From NCBI RefSeq assembly GCF_006345805.1, contig NC_043008.1, forward strand, positions 26,846,001 to 26,910,000: a DNA stretch of 64,000 nt, in the 5' to 3' direction. Both the position numbers and the translations under genes were made by a program. This DNA comes from Octopus sinensis. Taxonomy: Eukaryota. Below the pieces are notes generated by a model that searched no databases, was not told the DNA's origin, and worked only from the letters and a program-made list of their open reading frames with translations. Below are positions 1-10,100 of this stretch, piece by piece; position 1 is the first letter of the stretch; the number at the start of each line of letters is the position of its first letter.

Positions 1-14
1 TCTCTCTCTATCTA

Positions 15-64
<50 letters not shown>

Positions 65-130
65 TGTCTCACACACACATATACTTATTTACATACCTGC
101 ATACTTATATTAACATACACACACATACAT
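1..130. repeat. Compound (TC)n/(TATC)n/(CA)n microsatellite
   Basis: Visible simple repeats at the window start. Confidence 0.95.
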
Positions 131-354
131 AATGGGCACCCACACAATCTCCAAATTTCTATCCAACAAATTCAATCATAAGACCTTGGTTGTGGGCTAT
201 AGTAGAACATATTTCCTCATATACTGGGTTTAAATTTGAAACTACATGGTTGAAAAGTTGGCTTTTGAGCCACATAGCCATGTGTGTATGTGTGCGTATG
301 TATGCTGATTTGCCGTACTTGAGAAAACACATCAAGCTAAGTGAAATCATGGAT

Positions 355-695
355 GTGGCCAGTGCTGGTGATACATGAAAGGCATCCATGCCTGTGACAC
401 ATGAAAGGCACCTGTATTGGTGACATGTGAAAGGGTGCTATGCTGGTCACATGTCAAAGGCATCCATGCCAGTGGCATAGGAAAGGCGCCTGTGCCAGTA
501 TCACATAAAGGGTACCTGTGCTGGTGACACATAAAAGATAGCCAAACACACTCTGTGGAGTGGCTGGCATTAGGAAGGGTATCCATCTGAAAAAACCAAG
601 CCAAAGCAGACTGGAGCCTGGTGCAGCTCTCTGGCTTACAAGCTCCATTTAACCCATGCCAGCATGGAAAACAGATAATAATTCATGATGATGCT
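355..695 (+). mobile_element. RTE-type LINE/SINE 3' tail with internal ~23-25 bp repeat array
   Basis: Repeated gtgctggtgacacatgaaaggca-like units followed by aacccatgccagcatggaaaaca...gatgatg, the same tail as the RTE at 41.7-42.4 kb. Confidence 0.7.
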
Positions 696-899
696 ATTTA
701 TATATATATATATATATCCATGTGTGTGTATTCTCTATCTAACTTTCTATCTCTCTTTCTTTCTATTCACTTACCTTTTTATTGGTTTCTTTGACTACCA
801 TTTCATATCATAACTCTCTTTGCATCTCTTTTTAGGTATCTTCCTTTCCAAGTTTGTATCCACAATATTATGCATATCATATATACTACACAATTTGTG

Positions 900-1522
900 T
901 TGAGAGAAAAAATTCTTTTCATAGACACTATGGGTGTAAACACACCACCAAGTTGTAAGTGACATCACCTAATCATAGGACATGTGTTCCTGTCTTGGTA
1001 CATTTCATCAGCTACATATATAATAAGCCACACTTCATGGCCACTAAGATCTGGTTGCTCTTGTATTAGAATATCAAACGGTGCCATTTCTGATGTATGT
1101 AAAGATTTGTCAGGCTGTAATATAGGAATTAGACATGTACTACACAACATTAACTGAAAACTAGTTATGTACAGTCATACTGAGCATACAAGCTGTATCA
1201 AGAAAATAAATGTTTGTCTTTCCATGTCTGAATGTATGTGAAATGTTAAATATGACTTAACTATATTTCATTCAACACTATTTTGTGCACATCTGATAAA
1301 TATATTCTAGCTAGACAAAGCTTTTGCAGATTAGCAAATATATCCTTTGCTATACTAATATACGAGGGAACAGCTATTAGTGGTCATGAATGATGGCACA
1401 TGTAGCTGAATAAGTGTAGCAACACAAAAACACATGCTTCCTATGGTCTGGTGACATCATTCATGGCGTAGTAGTATGTTTACACTCATATTGTCTTTAA
1501 AGAGGATTTCTTCTTTCAGGAC
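900..1522. repeat. Diverged inverted repeat pair (~900-1046 and ~1378-1522) with hammerhead relics
   Basis: Reverse complement of 1378-1522 aligns to 900-1046 (tatgggtgtaaaca / tatgagtgtaaaca; ttcatggccactaa / ttcatgaccactaa). Confidence 0.7.
974..1017 (-). ncRNA. Degenerate minimal type I hammerhead ribozyme
   Basis: Minus strand UGUAG-CUGAUGA-aaUGUaaccaagACA-GGAA-C-ACAU-GUC-CUAUG. Stem I has 5 pairs including two G-U; A13 is changed to G. Confidence 0.5.
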
Positions 1523-3856
1523 AGCATGCGCAACATATTGTCCTTCCATGTCCAAATGTTCACACACATTAAGTATGACTGTACATAGTAAATAATCATG
1601 TTTCATTCATAGGTGTTTAGTGTGCATCAAATTAACGTACAGAGATACACGTATATGTGAAAGATGGAGAGAGAGAGAGAGAAAGAGAGAGAGAGAAAAT
1701 GAATAGTTGAATGAAAAAGAAGTTGTAAAAAGGATATTTGAAGAGTAAGAAGTAGGTTGTGTGCCGTTTATTGGAAAATAGAAGCAGGAGATTCTAAGAA
1801 AAAAGTCAGAAATAAGTTAGAGCGTAAAAGTGATGTCATGAAGACGAGTGAAAGAAAGAGATTGAATGAGTGACTGTGTATGAATGAAAGAAGCAATTAT
1901 GATGGATAGAAGGAAGTACAAGAAGGTGTAGAAAATACAGTATTGTCCATTATAGGGAAGATTACAAAGAAAGAATAAAAAGAGATAAAAATAAATCAAA
2001 ATTTATATATGATTTCAACATCATCTCTTGAGAGAAATTACAAGTGATGGTGGTTAAAGCGGATGCATATATATATATACTTAGACACACACATACATAA
2101 ATATACATAGCTCTGTTATATTATACGTGTGTATTCTGTTCATCATTTCAATTATTGGTCTACAGCTATATAAAAGCATTGCTCTCAATGGGTTTTAGTA
2201 GACTATATCTCCCTCATTACACTGTCTGGAACTTCTTTTTCCAGTGGATTGGTAGAATCTTTAGAGCATTGAACAACACACTGTGTTGTATTCACTTAAA
2301 ACTCTTTACTTGCAAAGTTGAAATCTTGTATATGTCAACTTTGTCTTTCATCCTCCTGTATTTGACGAAATGAAGTAGTAGTCAAGTATAGAGTTTGATT
2401 TATATTCACATATTGTGAAAGAATAAAATAAAGAAAGGGTGTGACTGCAATAGATAGATATTTGGATGGATGGATAGATGGATAATTGGATGAACTTATG
2501 GCTAGCTGGAGAGATGGATGGATGGGATGTAAGTACCAGAGAAAATTAGATACTTCACAGATATAGGGTGAAAGTTTACTATACCAAATGATTTACACCC
2601 ACACCATGGCATCTCAAACTTTTCACATCAGCATGATTCTATTTATAAAACTCAGTTATATTTCTCACCTTTTCATGCATATTGTTTTCATAATTTATTC
2701 TATAATGAAATTTTGCTATTTTTTATGAGATCTAGGGAGGTTTTATTATAAAATGCAAATACACTGATGCACACACAACACATTCATACATATTAATACC
2801 ACAACGTGGTCCTTGAACACTTATGATAGCATTAACTATGCACTACCTGATTACCATCTCCTCCACAGATTTCTATGCAAACATTGATCTGCAGATGCTC
2901 ATATTAGGAATTGGCCAGATCAATAATACCACATCAGGAGGGCCTGTGAGAGTCATAGATACTATCCTCTTTTGACCTAACAAATAAATAAGAAGAAAAC
3001 ATTAACATACATAAACGTATACATATAATGCAAAAGTAAATATACACCCAAATAGCATAACACACACATACATAAACACACATACACAGTACATAAACAC
3101 AAACATATACTTCATACAAGTACATGCTTATGCTCATAGTGCAATCATACGCTCATGCATGCATACAACAAAATAGCACACATAAGCAGTGCAAAACCAC
3201 ACGCATTCACAAACATTCACACATGTATATGTACATAATGCACCATGCACACATGTATACTCACATTACAAAAGACTAGTGCATATACACTCTGCAAAAA
3301 TACACACAAGCACATATATAGTCATATGGTGTAAACACATACACACACAGACACTAGCATAAATAATGCAATGCTTAAATTCTGTACTTTATCAGGATCA
3401 TTGTTCAGAGTTAGTTGATGCCAGAAACTGCTCTTTAATATCTCCAATCATAACATCTGCAGAATATTTTGGTTTGGTGTCAAAGAGACTCAATTCCAAT
3501 TTCCAATCTACATTTGTGCCTTAAAAGCTTTATCTCTATTTGCTAAGTGTCAATAAACCTTGAAAATATATGTGGCTGTTGTTGGTAAATCTGCTGTCTG
3601 TTCAAAATTAACAGCAGTACACACTGCTGCACCGGCATTGTGTTTTCAATCAATAAAATTTAAGGTGATTTAATATAAATCAGATATTTATTACTTTGCA
3701 AACTTTTCAAAGCCATAATATCCTCATTTTTATGCTTTGGTGAATCTAGCATAATGGGAAGTAAATCTGATGTTATAGTAAATGTAATCATTTTCAATAG
3801 CAGATATGATGACTTTAGCTTTAGCATGGAAATGACCAAATTTGTGGATTTGATAT

Positions 3857-3887
<31 letters not shown>

Positions 3888-5341
3888 ATACGGGATATAG
3901 AAAGGAATAAAAGAGAGAGGGAGAGAGAGAATTGTAGGAGAAAGGAAAGAAAACTTCAGTGTCGTTTATAATAATAAAGTAAATCATCATCATCATTAAT
4001 TTCTTCATCATCATCATCATCATCATGCTTGTCATTATTATCATGTTTTCTTTTTTTGTTTTTGTGTGTCTTTTTTTGCTTGAGATGGAAGGGTTTATGG
4101 TGCAGTGTAGCTCCATTTGTTTTCACCCAGCCTCATTGCAACTTGACAGCTTATACACATATATATTTCCAGAGATGGCTTCAGTAGTTCTTCATCTTTT
4201 TTCTTTCCCTTTTTCGTGTGTCTTGTTTTGTCCTATTCTTCCACTACAGTTTTATTCCCCCACAATGTCATGACACACTGTTTAATACATTTCATCCACT
4301 GATTAATGAACAGCTTTTCTCATAGCTTAACATTGAAGAGTATACAAATTGCACTTGATTCACTCTTTCCCTGTGAAATAAAAAATACACAGAAAGAGTT
4401 AGATAGACAGACAGACAGATTTGGCAAATTGACAGAAGTGTTAAGGTTATTGTATGAAATGCCTTGCAGTATTTTTTATTTTGGCTTTTTTGTATTCCTG
4501 CAGATGACAAATTTGCCTTTTATCCTTTCAAAAGCGTCAGTCTTGGTTGGTCAAATGACTGATTTGCTAAATCATAGGAAGGGCTGTTTGTTTCTATATT
4601 TATCCTGGTCCTTTGCTCTTTCTGAGTTCAATTCCAGTCATAGCTCATTTATGTGGTAGTTTGAACACTTTGCAGAGTTCAACATCACCACTTGTCTCTT
4701 AGTTGCCTTTCACAGTGTCCATTCTGTGGCAAGCATTCAGTTTAGGTGTCTGATTTGAGAATAGCATCTTACCTCTCTGTGAGCAGTTTCAGAGCTTCTA
4801 ATAAATCACAACAGGCTAGATATTGTTGTATGGAACATGGAGCAAAAGTCATACACTGTTGTAGAGATCAGCTGCCAGACTGACAGGAACTTCTTAAGTA
4901 CCAGATATAATCTAATGTCTAGGAAAAAAGGGAACATTTATGGTGTATTAATGTGGAACTTGTAGCTCTAGTACTCTGACAATTAATTCACATTTGTGCA
5001 TATCAAGATTCTTTAGGTGAATAGATGCACTTGCTTGGGTGTACATGACAGCTTAACTAACACACCATCTCAAAAACATTTTTTGGAGAAACTTGGAACA
5101 CGTCAACTCAAAAAGTCTTTTCAATTTCTTAGTGACTGGCTTAAACTCACTTCAGAAGAACTTAAATAAAATATACACACATGCATACATATTATACACA
5201 TTTATGTGTGTCTGTGTGTGCGAGTATCTGACTCTGTGTCTATGTGTGTCTGTATTGTTTTCCGAAAAACATAAATCCAGAGAAGTAGCACACTCTAAGA
5301 AGTAGAGCAGTCTATATATTTCCTGGGGAAGGCTGGTTTAT

Positions 5342-5403
5342 GGGGTTACCTTGGGTTTCCTGCCCATAAAGGGTTTAACTTTATGGCATATCATCAGGTT
5401 CCC
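5342..5403 (-). ncRNA. Type I hammerhead, left-arm copy (stem I degraded)
   Basis: Minus strand CUGAUGA-uaugCCAUAAAG uuaaacc CUUUAUGGgcag-GAAA-CCCAAG-GUA-accc. Confidence 0.55.
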
Positions 5404-5797
5404 AAGACCTGTTGGCCTATGACCTCTATAGAATATGGAGGGGAAAAGTGTGCATTATCTCCCTTTGCTAATGGATATTGACTTCCGGCCGTACTACCAT
5501 CGATCAGCTATGAGGGTAAACAATTGGGGATTATCTCCCTCTCCCATTAGCTATCAGCTTCTGGCAGTTCCCAAAATGCCAGCAGAAAATTCCTGTTTGT
5601 GTTTTAGGAGATTTCTGCCGGCCTTTTGGGAACTGCCGGAAGCTGATAGCTAATGGGAGAAAGAGATAATCCCCTGTTGTTAACCACATAACTGATCGAT
5701 GACAGTATGGCTGGAAGTCAATATCCATTAGAAAAGGGAGATAATCCACACTTTGCCCCCTTCCATATTTTATAGAGGTCATAGGCCAAACAGGTCT

Positions 5798-5860
5798 TGG
5801 GGTCTGAAGACACACCATAAAGTTAAACCCTTTATGGACAAGAAACCCAAGGTAACCCTA
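5798..5860 (+). ncRNA. Type I hammerhead ribozyme with canonical core
   Basis: UGGGGU-CUGAAGA-cacaCCAUAAAG uuaaacc CUUUAUGGacaa-GAAA-CCCAAG-GUA^ACCCUA. Stem I 6 bp, 8-bp hairpin in stem II, minimal stem III, predicted cut after 5854. The stem II pairs next to the core are mismatched. Confidence 0.7.
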
Positions 5861-5912
5861 CAAACCAGCTTCCACCAGGAAAGAAAACATTATGTATAAA
5901 TATATATGTATA

Positions 5913-6778
5913 CAGGGTTTGGTGAATATATTGTCATTTAAATTACGCAGAAATTAAAATAATGCTGATGTCTCATTATAACAGATAAATTTACAAAAAT
6001 TACATAAAATTATCTTGAGATACTAAAGAGTAAATTTATTCAACGAAATTGCCATTGGCTTCAAGCATGGCCTCCAGACGAGTTCAGAATCTTCTGTTAC
6101 TCTTCTAGAAGTTCTCTTTGTTTAAGATGGTGAATGCTGCTATAATCCTTGCCTTCTGTTTATCTTTGGTGTCACAAGGAGTTTTGTTGGTCTCTCACTC
6201 AACTGTGCTCCACACATAATAATCAAGGGTATTGCAGTCTGGGGAGTTAAGTGGCCAGGTTTTAGGGGTGATGTGGTTGCAGAAATTGTCTGACAGCCAT
6301 GACTGGGTTCTCCTGCTTCTATAGCATAGTGCAGAGTCCTGTTACCAGACATATGGTCTTCCAGCAGCCACCCTTTTGACCCAGGGCAGCACTACCTCCT
6401 CAAGGCACTCAATGTAGGCCTTTGTGTAGAGTGTGAGGTCATGTAGGCAGATGAATGGAGGCAAAACGTTGCCATCACTAGTGATCACACCAAACACAAT
6501 GATGTTAACTGGATGTTCAATTTTAGCACTCTTGGTACATGTCCTCAGATTGACACACAAACACTCTGAAATGTATGTATTGGAGTTTCTTGCACAAATG
6601 CCAAGCAGTACAGCAAGTTGTTCCCAAATTTCTGGCAGAGTGAATAGTATGATGGTGCTGTTTTTCTCCTGGACAGTGCCCAACTGATCCTCTTTTACTG
6701 TTTAGTTGATAAAGTCAAAAACAAACTATGCATGAAATTAAAGATATAAAATGGTGACAATTTACCCATCACCCTATG
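5913..6778 (-). mobile_element. Internally deleted Tc1/mariner element, maT/DD37D-like
   Basis: Imperfect TIRs flanked by TA. Minus-strand translation includes VFGVITSDG...VVLPWVKRVAAGRPYVW*QDSA...WPLNSPDCNTLDYYVW. The N-terminus is fused directly to the catalytic region; stop codons are present. Confidence 0.9.
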
Positions 6779-6782
6779 TATA

Positions 6783-6980
6783 TCATCATCATCATCATCA
6801 TCGTTTAACATCTGCTTTCCATGCTAGCATGGGTTGGACGATTTGACTGATGGCTGCACCAACTCCAATCTGATCTGGCAGTGTTTCTACAGCTAGATGC
6901 GCTTCCTAATGCCAACCACTCCGAGAGTGTAGTGGATACTTTTACGTGCCACTGGCACAAGGGCCAGTCAGGAGGTACTA
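6783..6980 (-). mobile_element. RTE-type 3' tail fragment
   Basis: (ATC)n followed by gtttaacatctgctttccatgctagcatgggttg, the reverse complement of the RTE tail. Confidence 0.8.
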
Positions 6981-7059
6981 TATATATATATGCACTTATA
7001 TATAATGTTATATATATAAGGTTATAAATATTGAGTTGAGAAACCCATTTTGGAATAGA

Positions 7060-7600
7060 AAAGTTAAAAGGATGTTTGTGGGACTCAAACATACATTTCC
7101 TGTGAACATGATAGGCATTTTACCATTGGACCAAAGCAATCCTTGAAACTTTTCTGGCCATTTTAGAAACATTATTCTTACCTTTGAGAATTGTATTTAG
7201 TTGACACTATATGAATTTATAAACTTCCAAGAGTTCACAGATTATTTGAATTTTGGAATTGATTCTCAAAGTACATATAATAGCTATAAGCAACAACATG
7301 TAAATATTGGATTGAAAATCCCCTTTTAGTTAGAAAAAAAAATTGAAGGCAGCCCACAAAAATCAAACCCACATCTGTATACACAACAAGCATGCTACCA
7401 TTGTACCAAAGCAATCCTTAGAACTTCTCTGTCCATTTTATAAACTTTATTCTCATCAGCAAGAATTGTATTTTGCTCACATCATAAGAATTTACAAAAC
7501 ATTCAAGAGAACATGGAATAACTCTCATTTTGGAATTTGTTCTTGAAATACATATAAAGCTATAAATAATAGCATTGATTGAAATATAGGTATGTATGAT
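7060..7600 (-). repeat. Diverged tandem dimer (~270-bp unit) carrying tRNA-like A/B boxes
   Basis: Two units share accattg-accaaagcaatcctt...gaattgtattt...ttttggaatt. The minus strand has TGGTCCAATGG / TGGTACAATGG and GTTTGAGTCC-like boxes. Confidence 0.6.
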
Positions 7601-8011
7601 TATATTTAACATATTCTTGTAGCTTTGGACACTGTGAAACTTTTGCTGTAGAAATTGTCTCCTGAGAGAATTATCTTTACAGTCTCTGTGAGGAAAGAGA
7701 CAACATCAGATCATAGCACATGTGTGTGTCTGCATCATTACCTATCAACAGTTATGTATTCCAAAATCTATCTGTCACAGGTTCCTAATAAACCAGAGGC
7801 TCTCAAAGCAGCAGTGATTGAAATACAAGGGTGTACATTTATATTTAACACATTCATCTACATTCAGATATAGAAAGATATTCATGATGGAAATTATCTT
7901 AGGAGAATATAAATATATTTGTGTATGTATACAAACCTGTGTGTATACCTATGCTGTGTTCATAAATGTAAGTATTTGGGTATGTATAGGCAAGTCTATA
8001 TGTGCCTTTAA

Positions 8012-8353
8012 CTTTTATCTTTTACTTGTTTCGTTCAGTACACTCTGGCCATGCTGGAGCACCAACTTGAATTTTTAGTCAAATGAATCAACTCAACTTT
8101 TTAGAGCCTGGTATTTACTCTATTGTTTTCTCTTGCTGAACTGCTAAGTTACATAGACATAAACGCACCAATACCAATTGTGAATCAATGGTGAGGGACA
8201 CATATACACACACACACAATGGACCCCTTCTAGTTTCCATCTTTGAAATCCACTCACAAGGCTTTGGTTAGCTGAGGCTATTGTAGGAGACATTTGCCTG
8301 AGGTGCCATGCAGTGCAATTTGAAACCAAAAGCAAGCATCTTACCACACAGCC
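8012..8353 (-). mobile_element. tRNA-derived SINE (same family as 44103-44460)
   Basis: Reverse complement matches the 44.1 kb copy (cacaaggctttggtt, gccatgctggagcacc). Confidence 0.85.
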
Positions 8354-9569
8354 TTTTTGTATATTCATGTATCCAGGTATGCCTACTTTTTCTATATATG
8401 AATTGTTTATGCTATACAAAATTGCCTGTATCTTTATGTGTGTATATCCCCATGATCTCTTATTTTGCTGTTTTTTTCAATATCAAAATAGATTTATGCA
8501 CTTATGAATTTATAAGATATCTGTATATCTTTGTGAATGCATATATATTCATATCTTCTCTATATGTTTATATACACACCTGCATCCATCTTTCTTTGTG
8601 CTCATGTATGCAAGTGTTTATATTTTGATTTGCACATGTGCATGTGTGCGTGTGTGTGTGTGTGGGAGAGGAGTGTTTTGTTTTTTTTTATCTTTTTCAA
8701 ATTTTTGCTTGTTTTACAGAACTATTGCTCTTATATATTTTACATTTGTCACCTCACCTAATTTCATTGTGCATGCATTGGTTGATGAGTCCACCTTAAT
8801 TCTTCAACAGTTATGCCTATGAGATTTTGCGTATCAAATTAGTTCTCTTGTAGTTCTACTCATTGAGTTAGTTATTAAGAATCTTTATTGTCCTGTTTTC
8901 CTATCTCTCTCTCTTTCTCAGAATCTTCACTCACAATATATTCTGTCACAGACTCCTACATTCATCATCTTCCTTGCAACAAAGCCACCTGTTTCCTATT
9001 CATAATTTCCAAGCTAGTTTTCTCTATAGTAAAACTCAAAATCCTTGTCATATTTGATATCCTCTCATAATATGCAGCTGTTTCCAAGGTACTCATTTCA
9101 TTTTTCCTTTCATCTTTTCACTATTATTTAACACCTTTTTCTTTGAAATGTAGAGTTTTCACACAGTTTTTTACTATTTAATTTGTGTTATTAATTTTAA
9201 TATTGTCCCAACAAATTTTCTGTGCCTTTGAAAATGTTCAACATAATTCTCTCCCTCACTAATCCTTCTTAGAATTTAGACTTTGTTTCTCTGATCTTTC
9301 AATAATATTCACATTTAAATTTTTTCATTGTTGTGTTTTTCAATATTTATTTCATCATTTCTTAATTCCAACTCAATGGTTAACCATTTAGCAACATGGC
9401 TGTTTCTGAATATGGATTTAAGAAGTTATATTGCTACATTGCTACAAATTTAGCTACAGTTCACTTCAAAATTGATTCCATTCCTTTAGACTTAAATGTC
9501 CTCTTATTCTTTAATTTATTTTTCTAAACTATTTTATTAACCTTCTTGTGTCTTCAGGGTGTCATAATG

Positions 9570-9660
9570 CTAATAATCCTTTCTACTATAGGTCCAAAGC
9601 CTGAAATTCGTGGGAGAGAACTAGTTGATTACATTGACCCCAGCGTTCAACTAGTAAACA
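9570..9660 (-). mobile_element. SINE fragment (family of 47785-48007)
   Basis: aggtccaaagcctgaaattc...gattacattgaccccag. Confidence 0.6.
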
Positions 9661-9689
9661 CATAATTTGATTCAATATCATTTCTTAAT

Positions 9690-10100
9690 TGTTAGTCAAT
9701 TGCTTAAATATCCAGCCAACTAACAAATCAATTGGTTGTTTAATGTCATGGTTAAACAATGACTCAGTTGTTTGTTAGTCAGAGCCCTTTTGGTACTATT
9801 CACAACCTCTCTTATGACATACCCTCTCTCTCCTCAAGGTCTACTCTGAGTTTGTCCAAGAATTTGTCTTATGCTTTTGTGAATGTACATGTGTGTTTGC
9901 TTAAAAGAGAAGCTAAGGGTGAAAGTAAATGTAAAGCTGTGAGAGCATACATATGTACCTATGTGGGTGTGTTTGTGTCTTTGGAGTCTGTATGTATTAC
10001 CATCTGTAACGTTTTGAAGAGTTCGGCCATTTGTCTCAGATCTGCCTGGATTTGCTTGTCATCCCATAAAAAGATTTGTGGGTGTAATTCCTTATGTGGG
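9690..10100 (-). mobile_element. Highly decayed Penelope-like 3' end (GIY-YIG C-terminus)
   Basis: Minus-strand remnants GRTLQ and EEREG...IVPKGL*, similar to PLE endonuclease termini; many stop codons. Confidence 0.4.

Larger units (their letters stand above)
5320..5881. mobile_element. ~560-bp foldback (near-perfect palindrome), PLE pLTR-like, with an HHR in each arm
   Basis: The arms align end to end as reverse complements around a short spacer near 5600; ends are ttcctgg...ccaggaa. Confidence 0.85.
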
